14,452 nucleotides of DNA from a virus: the IMG/VR virus record IMGVR_UViG_3300045988_109471, positions 1-14,452 of that record; one strand, 5' to 3'. Under the pieces are notes generated by a model that was given only the letters and a program-made list of their open reading frames with translations, had not been told where the DNA came from and did not search any database. Shown here piece by piece: positions 1 to 7,310 of the stretch. The first letter of the stretch is position 1. Every line of letters starts with the position of its first letter. A program made the position numbers and the translations under genes.

Positions 1-300
1 GCGTACTATATACAGAATTCTGTAATATTCCAGTTCCCACCGTTACAGATTTCTGAACAGTTGCTTGTACATGTCCTGCGAACACATGTCCGAAGTGCGT
101 GCGCACACCTGCAAGCAGGGCAGTGCGTGCGTGCCGGTGTACATAGTAACAATTGCTAGTTATAAGAATGATACAATTGTGCATAGTATGGTTATATAGT
201 ACATGTACCTGAAAGGCGCTCTGTGCTATACTATAATTGTACTATAAGGGTACTTATCGCTATATGACATACCGACACAGAAAGGGAGAATTTGAAATGA
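1..300. repeat. Left inverted terminal repeat (ITR-L), 300 bp
   Basis: Read directly: 1..300 is the exact reverse complement of 14153..14452, compared block by block over all 300 nt. Identity breaks at 301 vs 14152. The repeat sits at the exact window end, as expected for a linear protein-primed replicon. Confidence 0.97.
204..237 (+). promoter_or_regulatory. Candidate early promoter inside ITR-L, pointing inward
   Basis: Tandem -10-like boxes: TGcTATACT (224-232, extended -10) and TATAAT (232-237). CTGAAA (209-214) lies exactly 17 nt upstream of TATAAT. The 10-nt palindrome GTACATGTAC (199-208) abuts the -35 position. The promoter faces RBS AGGGAG (283-288) and ATG 297. This is sequence pattern only. 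Confidence 0.5.
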
Positions 301-545
301 AAAAACGCGTTATCACACCACTGGATTTTTACCGCACCTGTTACGATCTGGCACCCGACATTTTAGTTAGTGTGTACAGTGCAACGAAAGATGAAATGCC
401 CCTTTGGACTGGTGAGTTTAGGTCGATGCCCGTTGCATACCGCGATGCAATTATTGACTATATGTTTATTTGCTCGGATGGGTCAAAGATTAGAAAATTG
501 ATTTTTGCCCTGCAAGATAGGAGTATTGACTATGGCAAAGCGTAA
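297..545 (+). CDS. Hypothetical small early protein, 82 aa (DFYRxC / TGE motif family)
   Basis: ATG 297 is preceded by AGGGAG (283-288) with an 8-nt spacer. The longer track ORF from 237 starts at a TTG inside the -10 box and is not favoured. No family recognised. It shares a DFYRxC ... VY ... (W/Y)TGE(F/Y)xx(M/L)P pattern with the ORF at 13596..13778. Confidence 0.6.
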   Translation: MKKRVITPLDFYRTCYDLAPDILVSVYSATKDEMPLWTGEFRSMPVAYRDAIIDYMFICSDGSKIRKLIFALQDRSIDYGKA

Positions 546-1158
546 ACCTACGCAATACGCGTGGCAAGATCTTGAATATACCCCGTATTATCTCAATAAG
601 CACACAGAAGCAGAACTACGCAAAGAGTATAGCAAGCTCCGCTCGATTGTGCGCAAACGTCAAGAGCGTCTGGAAAAATCAGAATTTGCAGATCTCGAAG
701 AAGTCAAGCATTATGGCAAGTTGCCACCTGTTGCGCAAATCAAGAATAAAGAGCAACTTGTCTATGCGCTTGCAGAAGCTAAACGCTTTTTGTCTGAAGA
801 TATATCAATTACTCGTTTTAAGCGTGAACGCAAAGACATGATTGCAAAACTTAATGCCAACGGTTATAAATTTGTTACAAGCAAGAATTTTTTATCATTT
901 GTCATGTTTATGGAGACAATGCGAACCATTGCGCAGAATATGCATTTTGACTCGGAAGTGATCGCGAACGCTTACGAAAATGTGACAACCGGCAAAATTC
1001 CGGCATCAAAACTGCAAAAGTGGTTTACAAATTTTATCAAAAAGCAAGAAGAAGCTGCCCGCAACTTTCCTGATAAATATTCCCGTACAAAAGGGGGCAA
1101 GGTGAAAATTGAAAGTAAAGACCTTGAAGAATGGGCAAGCCATTTGTTCGGTTATTGA
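532..1158 (+). CDS. Putative terminal protein (protein primer), 208 aa
   Basis: ATG 532 has AGGAG (519-523) 8 nt upstream; the track start at 505 is a TTG without an RBS. The gene lies immediately upstream of, and overlaps, the protein-primed polymerase gene, as phi29 gene 3 does with gene 2. It has a basic N-terminus (MAKRKPT...) and a charged helical block (AELRKEYSKLRSIVRKRQERLEKS), resembling by eye the phi29 TP N-terminus as I recall it. No motif-level proof. Confidence 0.5.
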   Translation: MAKRKPTQYAWQDLEYTPYYLNKHTEAELRKEYSKLRSIVRKRQERLEKSEFADLEEVKHYGKLPPVAQIKNKEQLVYALAEAKRFLSEDISITRFKRERKDMIAKLNANGYKFVTSKNFLSFVMFMETMRTIAQNMHFDSEVIANAYENVTTGKIPASKLQKWFTNFIKKQEEAARNFPDKYSRTKGGKVKIESKDLEEWASHLFGY

Positions 1159-3205
1159 CTTTCCGCTTGAGAAATTTGCCGCGCTGCCTGTTTTGGAGCG
1201 GAAAATCACAAGAACTAAAAAGACAAAATTGCTTGATATTGTGACAGCGTTTGACATTGAAACAACCCGTATTAAGTCAATCGAACAAGCTGTGATGTAT
1301 ATTTGGCAATGGCATTTTGCAGAACCCATCAATCTAACTGTTGTTGGCAGAACATGGGATGAATTTGAAGCATTGTGTGCCAGCCTTGAAGCCTGCATGC
1401 AAGAACAATCTCAAGAAGATTATCATTTGCAGCTGTGTGTATATGTCCACAATCTGTCATATGAGTTTCAGTTTTTACGCGGTATCTACCATTTTACAAA
1501 TGATGAGATTTTTGCAGTTGATTGCCGTAAAGTCCTGAAATGCGCGATGTACGATGATTTTTTTGAATTCCGTTGCAGCTATTTGCATAGCAATATGAGC
1601 CTTGATGCATACACCCACAAAATGGGCGTTGCCCACGGCAAACTATCCGGTGTAAAATTTGACTATAACAAACTGCGCTATCCATGGACGGCGTTGACGG
1701 ATGATGAACTTGAATATTGTGTAAACGATGTACTCGGCTTGTGTGAAGCCCTGACCATTGAAATGCACCACGACAATGATAACCTGTACACAATCCCGCT
1801 TACCTCAACCGGTTATGTGCGCCGCGATGCACGCGCCGCAATGAAACGCGCCGGAATGGAACGTCTTGGTGCTATCCAGCCCGATGCAGAATTATACACA
1901 ATGCTGCGTGAAGCGTTCCGTGGTGGCAACACCCACGCAAACCGTTATTATACCGGTCAAGTGCTGCGCGGCAAAATACAGAGCGCAGACCGCAGCAGCA
2001 GTTATCCGGATGTGCTGTGCAATTGCCTTTACCCAATGCGTGCTTTTGAGCCCATTGGCGAAATAACACTAGACGGCCTTAAACGCAAACTCAACAAGCA
2101 CAGAAAAGCATTGATAATGCGTATTGCATTAACAGACGTTGAGTTAATCAACCCTTGCTGGGGTTGCCCATATCTTACGATTGATAAGAGCCGGAACGTA
2201 ATTGACCCCGACCGCGACAACGGGCGAATATTGAGCGCAAAATATCTCGAAACAACCGTGACTGACGTTGACTTAGCAATCATTCTTAAAGAGTACAAGT
2301 TTAGCGGTTTTCGGGCATTTGACTGCTGGCAATCCACCTATGCCAAATTGCCCCGCGACCTGATTGAATGTGCAATATATTATTACCGCGCAAAAACCAG
2401 TCTTAAGAACGTAACCGGGCAAGAGTTGTACTACATGAAGAGTAAAAACAAGCTGAATAGCATATATGGCATGATGGCACAAGACCCCGGCAAACGCTCC
2501 ATTTTATACACACCGGAAGAAGAATTTGAAATTGATGAAAAAACGCCAATCGAAAATATCTTGTCGCAAAATCTGCGCAACGCCTTTTTGTGCTATCAAT
2601 GGGGCGTATGGGTGACAGCCAATGCACGCTATCGGCTTGAAGAGGGCATAGAGCTTGCAGGGGATGGCTTTGTCTATTGTGATACCGACTCTGTAAAATA
2701 TCTTGGTGACATTGACTGGACAAAATACAACAAATCCAGAATCAAAGACAGCAAAGCATCCGGTGCTTATGCAGCAGATCCATCCGGCAAAATGCATTAC
2801 ATGGGTGTTTTTGAACCTGAACATGATATGTGCGAATTTGCCACACTGGGCGCGAAAAAGTATTGTTACCGCGAAACGCCGGAAAGCCCTTTGTGCTGTA
2901 CAATCGCTGGTGTAAATAAAAAAGAGGGTGCAAAAGAGTTGGAACGCCACGGCGGCATTGATGCATTTAAGCCGGGCTTTGTTTTTAAGGATGCCGGTGG
3001 TACAGAAGCCGTATATAATGATAGTCCAGAGATGGACAGCATTACAATAGACGGTCATGTCCTGCCGATCACATCCAACGTTGTGATCCGTGAAAGCACA
3101 TACAAACTAGGAATTACTGCGGAATATATGGACTTGCTTTTGCGCTGCGACTATACCCGAAAAGGTATTGGCAGGCTGGATGAATATTTTGAAAATGGGT
3201 GTTGA
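1109..3205 (+). CDS. Protein-primed family B DNA polymerase (phi29 gp2-like), 698 aa
   Basis: Motifs seen in the translation: ExoI FDIETT (about nt 1250-1267), ExoII YCVNDV, motif A DRSSSYPDV, motif B KSKNKLNSIYGMMAQ, motif C YCDTDS (nt 2675-2692), KxY LGAKKYCY. The first in-frame ATG lies after ExoI, so the start must be non-ATG. TTG 1109 (or TTG 1124) fits, with AAGGGGG/AAGGTG (1091-1104) upstream. Confidence 0.95.
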   Translation: MKVKTLKNGQAICSVIDFPLEKFAALPVLERKITRTKKTKLLDIVTAFDIETTRIKSIEQAVMYIWQWHFAEPINLTVVGRTWDEFEALCASLEACMQEQSQEDYHLQLCVYVHNLSYEFQFLRGIYHFTNDEIFAVDCRKVLKCAMYDDFFEFRCSYLHSNMSLDAYTHKMGVAHGKLSGVKFDYNKLRYPWTALTDDELEYCVNDVLGLCEALTIEMHHDNDNLYTIPLTSTGYVRRDARAAMKRAGMERLGAIQPDAELYTMLREAFRGGNTHANRYYTGQVLRGKIQSADRSSSYPDVLCNCLYPMRAFEPIGEITLDGLKRKLNKHRKALIMRIALTDVELINPCWGCPYLTIDKSRNVIDPDRDNGRILSAKYLETTVTDVDLAIILKEYKFSGFRAFDCWQSTYAKLPRDLIECAIYYYRAKTSLKNVTGQELYYMKSKNKLNSIYGMMAQDPGKRSILYTPEEEFEIDEKTPIENILSQNLRNAFLCYQWGVWVTANARYRLEEGIELAGDGFVYCDTDSVKYLGDIDWTKYNKSRIKDSKASGAYAADPSGKMHYMGVFEPEHDMCEFATLGAKKYCYRETPESPLCCTIAGVNKKEGAKELERHGGIDAFKPGFVFKDAGGTEAVYNDSPEMDSITIDGHVLPITSNVVIRESTYKLGITAEYMDLLLRCDYTRKGIGRLDEYFENGC

Positions 3206-3235
3206 CATTTGGCCGAACTTACAGTATCATATAAT
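3202..3235 (+). promoter_or_regulatory. Promoter for the SSB gene
   Basis: TTGACA (3202-3207, overlapping the polymerase stop codon), a 17-nt spacer, then TATCAT (3225-3230), followed directly by TATAAT (3230-3235). The block TATCATATAATTGTA (3225-3239) matches the ITR block TATACTATAATTGTA (227-241) at 13/15 positions. An 8-bp hairpin ATTGTAGC-gagaa-GCTACAAT (3234-3254) follows. Confidence 0.6.
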
Positions 3236-3288
3236 TGTAGCGAGAAGCTACAATACAAATACACACGAACACAAAGGAGTAAACAACT

Positions 3289-3639
3289 ATGGAAATCATC
3301 AAGAGCTATCCCGAAAATCTGACCCTGAAGCAGGCTTACAGCCTGACCCGCAACCCCAACTCCCGCTCGATGAAAACGCTTGAGGGCGCGACTTTTAACA
3401 TTGACGCTTACGCCCTGTATGAAGACGTCAACGCTAAGGGTGACAAACAGGCAGTTCTTGCCGTGCTTACAAGCGAGGGCGACACGTTTAGCACAATCTC
3501 CGAAACTTTTAAGCGAGACTTTGAGGCAATCGTTGATATGGTTAACCAGTACAAAGCCGACCTTGCCACTGTTGATATTGAGGTTATCGGTGGCGAAAGC
3601 AAATCTGGCAGACACTATATCGGTTGCAAGATGAATTAA
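3289..3639 (+). CDS. Putative single-stranded DNA-binding protein (phi29 p5-like), 116 aa
   Basis: ATG 3289 has strong RBS AAAGGAG (3273-3279), its own promoter and a downstream terminator, which suits a highly expressed gene. By-eye similarity to phi29 p5 as I recall it: VLAVLTSEGDTFSTISETF...VDIEVIGGESKSGRHY vs TTIFAADGSLYSAISKTV...KVKVVQGTSSKGNVF. This needs a profile search. Confidence 0.6.
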   Translation: MEIIKSYPENLTLKQAYSLTRNPNSRSMKTLEGATFNIDAYALYEDVNAKGDKQAVLAVLTSEGDTFSTISETFKRDFEAIVDMVNQYKADLATVDIEVIGGESKSGRHYIGCKMN

Positions 3640-3670
3640 CCAGTTCCATTCTTGACATAATTCCTCCCAC

Positions 3671-3704
3671 AAAAGGGCGGCGGCTTGAAAACCGCCGCCC
3701 TTTT
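3671..3704 (+). terminator. Rho-independent terminator after the SSB gene
   Basis: GC-rich 9-bp stem GGGCGGCGG (3675-3683) / CCGCCGCCC (3692-3700), 8-nt loop, flanked by AAAA (3671-3674) and TTTT (3701-3704). Confidence 0.7.
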
Positions 3705-3728
3705 GAAATATATGAAAGCGAGTAAAAG

Positions 3729-4793
3729 ATGAAAAAGAACAAACTGTATCTAGAATCTGGATACCTGAACATGGATTATATTATGGCTCTGAAAACACCC
3801 TATATTATGGTTGTCGGCGGACGTGCCACCGGTAAAACATACGGTGCATTAAAATATGTACTTGAGCACCGGATCACTTTCATGCTCATGCGCCGCACAC
3901 AAACCGCCATTGACCTTGTCAATAAACCAGAGTTCAGCCCCATCAAGCCGGTCTGTGAAGATATGGGCTTGAGCATCAAACCTTTTCCGATCTCCAAAGG
4001 TAGCAGTGCTTTTTACGATGTGGATGAAGAGGGCAAATGCACCGGCGGCCTGCCGTATGGTTACACCTGCGCACTGTCCACAATCTCCAATATGCGCGGT
4101 TTTAGCGCAGAGGATTGCAAAATCTGTATTTATGATGAATTCATCCCCGAAAAACACGAACGTCCGCTAAAAAATGAAGCTGCGGCATTTTACAACGCTT
4201 ATGAAACTATCAACCGAAATAGAGAATTAAAAGGCGAACCGCCCCTTAAAATGCTGTGTCTTGCCAATGCAAACGATATTGCAAACCCGCTATTTTTGGA
4301 TATGGGGCTTGTAGCACGTGCGCAGCGGATGATTGATACCAAAACAGAGATGTGGCAAGATAATGAGCGTGGTATTACATTGATTATGCTCCAGCACTCC
4401 CCGATCTCTGCGGAAAAAGCAAATACTGCACTATACCGGCTTACAAAAAATACATTGTATAGCGCAATGGCGCTGGATAATGATTTCAGGCAAGAGTATA
4501 GCCGGATCACCCCTCAAAAAATCATTGAGTATAAGCCGGTGTGCGTTGTGGGTGAGCTGGAAATCTACCAACACAAATCCCGCGATCAATATTATGTAAC
4601 AACCCACAAATCGGGCGTTTGCCCAACCTATAAGAGCACAGAGCGCGGGATTCAGATGTTTAACGCGCACTTTTCATGGTTTAGGCTCACATACTATTTA
4701 AGCAATACCGTGTTATTTGAGTCTCCTATCTGTGAAGTTTTACTAGATAAGTATTTTCGGGAAGGTGCGAAAATCTCAAGTCGAAAAGCATAA
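3729..4793 (+). CDS. DNA encapsidation (packaging) ATPase, phi29 gp16-like, 354 aa
   Basis: Walker A GGRATGKT (nt 3816-3839) and Walker B-like ICIYDEFIPE. The block YETINRNRELKGEPPLKMLCLANANDIANPLFLDMGLV matches by eye phi29 gp16 MDTVFRNRERVRCICLSNAVSVVNPYFLFFNLV (recalled). Confidence 0.9.
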   Translation: MKKNKLYLESGYLNMDYIMALKTPYIMVVGGRATGKTYGALKYVLEHRITFMLMRRTQTAIDLVNKPEFSPIKPVCEDMGLSIKPFPISKGSSAFYDVDEEGKCTGGLPYGYTCALSTISNMRGFSAEDCKICIYDEFIPEKHERPLKNEAAAFYNAYETINRNRELKGEPPLKMLCLANANDIANPLFLDMGLVARAQRMIDTKTEMWQDNERGITLIMLQHSPISAEKANTALYRLTKNTLYSAMALDNDFRQEYSRITPQKIIEYKPVCVVGELEIYQHKSRDQYYVTTHKSGVCPTYKSTERGIQMFNAHFSWFRLTYYLSNTVLFESPICEVLLDKYFREGAKISSRKA

Positions 4794-4794
4794 A

Positions 4795-4825
4795 AACAGC
4801 CCCTGCCGTATTGGCAGGGGCTGTT
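4795..4825. terminator. Bidirectional rho-independent terminator between convergent ATPase and tail-spike genes
   Basis: 13-bp stem AACAGCCCCTGCC (4795-4807) / GGCAGGGGCTGTT (4813-4825) with a 5-nt loop. On the minus strand it is followed by TTTTTA (complement of 4790-4794); on the plus strand only a weak T-rich tail follows. Confidence 0.8.
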
Positions 4826-4829
4826 GCTG

Positions 4830-7298
4830 TTAAGAAATGTTAGGGCGCAAAACCTTGATAGCAGTCATGCCGTCATGATTCTTCCACCGCGGGAAATCCA
4901 TGGGAGTGCCGTCCATGTTGCGGATCCGGTCAAGCATTACCGGGGAGTTGCCCGGCTGGAATCCCGATACCTGCACAGTATACGCATAGGATGCAGGACG
5001 CTTGCAATACAGAATAATGGCATTGCCGTCATTGACATAATACAGTTTGTCTGTGTTGCTGACAACATCCCATGTAACTTTTTTGTCTGCCCCGGTCATT
5101 GCTTTGTAAATCGACAGATTAAGTTTGCGGTTATCAACTGCACTGATTGCAAATAGGCCACCGGTTGCGGGGTTGTTGGAAATATAGATGGTATAGTCTA
5201 CATCATTGATGTCACAGATACGGATGCATCCCTGGGAGTTGATGCCCTCGGTCGGAATAGGCAGATAAGCAAAAGCCTTGTACTGTTCGGGATCGCCGGT
5301 CTCCGATTGCCCTGCGACTGTGTACTGTGTCTGATCTGTAATTGACAGGTCAATGCACCGATGCTCTCCGGCCTTGCAAATATACTGGTTATTGCCGCTA
5401 AAAATATATTCGCGCTTGGTATAGATATACGCATTATTGATCTTGCACATCATGGCAGTGACGGGGTACTTGCCGATTGTCTGCACCGTGGTGGATACTT
5501 TGGAACTGCGGTTAATGATGCCCCCGTCAACGGTTAACTGCGGGCTGGGACTTGTGCCAATCAGTGCAATTGCTGCGTTGCCATTTCCGGTGGTTGCCGT
5601 GTCGTCATTGATCGTATAAATCAGGTTGCTGATATATGCGGCAGCCTTGCCCGGCCCGTCAAATACAATGCCCCTGCGGCAGGTATCAAGATACAGGTTG
5701 GTAATATGCACATCATTGTTTGTGACTTTAAGGCCGTTGGTATCCTCCCACCAAGTATTTGCGTCAACTCCACCGGCGCCGCCGGAGGGGATACCGTTAT
5801 AGGTGATCCAGTTACAGCCAAACACATTAGTCCGACAGTCAAAACCGGTCTGGCATACCATTGCTAGCAGGTTATTGCAATCGCAATCCGGCGACTTGTC
5901 GCCCCAATAAAACGCAACGTTACCGGCAACACGCTCTGCCGGGTGGACATCGCTAAAGCCCCATACCGAAACATTATCCATATAGCAGTACCGGCTTAAC
6001 GTGCTGGTACTGGGCTGTAAGTACACACCATAGGATTTTACACTGCCGATACTGACATTTGCGATATAGTTATCGGTGTAGTTGTCGGTCGTAAACACAA
6101 TACCGCCGATCATGCCGTTGCAAATAATATCAAGATTTGCGATAACAACGTTTCCATCCACATCATTACCGGATACGGTAAGCACTCCAAGGCTGCCAAA
6201 TGCAGTAGGGTTGCCGGTATACTTCAAAATTGTGTCACTACTGCCGCGTGCAGGGTCGCGGGACGCGCTTGCACCGTACAAGCTATGTTTGAGCTGCACC
6301 GGGGCGCTAATCTTGTATGTGCCAATAGGGACAGACAGCGGGAATTGTTTGGTATAGGTGTTTAAGGTTGCTGTGATGTCGTCCGTGCCGTCCTTTTTGA
6401 GCTTTTGAAACTCCTCGATGCTACGCGGGGAAGGCTTGATACTGTCGGGAATTTTGCCGGTGCGGCTAACCAAAAAATCTGTGTCACGGTTAGCTACTCG
6501 GATGTTGACGACAGCATAATTGTCATCAATATTGGTGGTGTGAAGCGAACTAAAGTTTGGTACACCATAGATATCTAGGGGTGTATTTCTGCTGCTGCTG
6601 CCCACTGTAATGGCATAATTTGTTGCCGTTAGTACAGACATATCGTTTTGCCGGATGCCAAAAGCACCACCGGAATTTAAGCGCAAAGTTCCGTCAACCG
6701 TCTGATTAAAGTTTCCGCTGACCGTCTGCGCAAGGTCCCCGGTGGTGTCCTTATCAATCTTGTTAGGCAGTGCTGTGTTAATAGCCGTAACGTCATTTTG
6801 CAGCGTGCTCACAGCATGCGCCAAATTGGCAAGTCTTGCATCAATCGTGGTTTTTGCCGTGTTGTTGGTGCCGTACTCGGTGCCGCGTGTAATTGCGGTG
6901 GTGCAGACATATAGGGTATTATTGAGCCATACAAGGTCGCCGTTTGCCCGGTCTGCGCTTGCCGTGGTTTTGAGTCCCTCATCTGCTGCCGCGATTGCCA
7001 ATTTGACCGTGCTCCATAGCTCGGAAAAATTGCCAATCTTTGTCCAGTAGTCGGTGTTGTCGATTTCCACGCCGACCGGCACCGGCTGCACGCTTAAATA
7101 GCCGTCTCCGTTGGTATCAAGCACAACCTGATTTTTAGGGTACTGCCGCGTAATATCCCATTGCAGCGGGTTTGCATAGGTAATGCTATTGAGCGAGATA
7201 AAATCCGCAATAGCTGCATCCTGCTTTTTGAGCGTCTCCAAAATCCAGTCAAGATTTAGCTCGTGGAAATTGGTATAAGGCCATCTGGTATCAAACAT
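4830..7298 (-). CDS. Tail spike / appendage protein with right-handed beta-helix (pectin-lyase-like) central domain, 822 aa
   Basis: ATG 7298 has AAGGAG 8 nt upstream. The N-terminal FHELNLDWILETLKK-type virion-attachment domain is common in Firmicute phage fibers. A short coiled segment (RLANLAHAVSTLQNDVTAINTAL) follows. A long Gly/Asn/Thr/Val-rich repetitive beta region (e.g. VTNNDVHITNLYLDTCRRGIVFDG) is typical of beta-helix depolymerase spikes. It is the last gene of the late operon, as phi29 gp12 follows the collar genes. Confidence 0.8.
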   Translation of the reverse strand: MFDTRWPYTNFHELNLDWILETLKKQDAAIADFISLNSITYANPLQWDITRQYPKNQVVLDTNGDGYLSVQPVPVGVEIDNTDYWTKIGNFSELWSTVKLAIAAADEGLKTTASADRANGDLVWLNNTLYVCTTAITRGTEYGTNNTAKTTIDARLANLAHAVSTLQNDVTAINTALPNKIDKDTTGDLAQTVSGNFNQTVDGTLRLNSGGAFGIRQNDMSVLTATNYAITVGSSSRNTPLDIYGVPNFSSLHTTNIDDNYAVVNIRVANRDTDFLVSRTGKIPDSIKPSPRSIEEFQKLKKDGTDDITATLNTYTKQFPLSVPIGTYKISAPVQLKHSLYGASASRDPARGSSDTILKYTGNPTAFGSLGVLTVSGNDVDGNVVIANLDIICNGMIGGIVFTTDNYTDNYIANVSIGSVKSYGVYLQPSTSTLSRYCYMDNVSVWGFSDVHPAERVAGNVAFYWGDKSPDCDCNNLLAMVCQTGFDCRTNVFGCNWITYNGIPSGGAGGVDANTWWEDTNGLKVTNNDVHITNLYLDTCRRGIVFDGPGKAAAYISNLIYTINDDTATTGNGNAAIALIGTSPSPQLTVDGGIINRSSKVSTTVQTIGKYPVTAMMCKINNAYIYTKREYIFSGNNQYICKAGEHRCIDLSITDQTQYTVAGQSETGDPEQYKAFAYLPIPTEGINSQGCIRICDINDVDYTIYISNNPATGGLFAISAVDNRKLNLSIYKAMTGADKKVTWDVVSNTDKLYYVNDGNAIILYCKRPASYAYTVQVSGFQPGNSPVMLDRIRNMDGTPMDFPRWKNHDGMTAIKVLRPNIS

Positions 7299-7310
7299 GC
7301 TATAATCTCC

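Noticed and set aside
60-145. GC-rich ITR core as the pRNA gene (two copies per genome)
   Set aside because: Only short, weak helices could be drawn (a 6-bp ACATGT self-pair and GCTTG/CAAGC). There is no promoter or terminator bracketing it in either orientation. The 13181-13299 cassette is a much better small-RNA candidate.
237-296. N-terminal extension MYYKGTYRYMTYRHRKGEFE of the first ORF on each arm (mirror at 14157..14216), identical in both track ORFs
   Set aside because: The identity is just the ITR read in frame. The extension starts at a TTG inside the -10 box and has no RBS, whereas AGGGAG plus ATG at 297 / 14156 is a canonical start.
1081-1158. Programmed frameshift fusing the terminal protein to the polymerase (as in TP-Pol fusions of linear plasmids)
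   Set aside because: The polymerase frame is +1 relative to the TP frame. I see no convincing slippery site: A AAA GGG GGC would favour -1, which leads to the wrong frame. A TTG start with an RBS explains the data more simply.
3651-3656. TTGACA hexamer upstream of the ATPase gene as a possible promoter
   Set aside because: No -10-like hexamer lies 16-19 nt downstream, because that sequence is the GC-rich terminator stem. It is probably fortuitous.
2504-3672. Minus-strand ORFs of 184 aa (2504..3058) and 173 aa (3151..3672)
   Set aside because: They are antisense to the polymerase and SSB genes and cross a promoter and intergenic region. They lack RBS or homology features.
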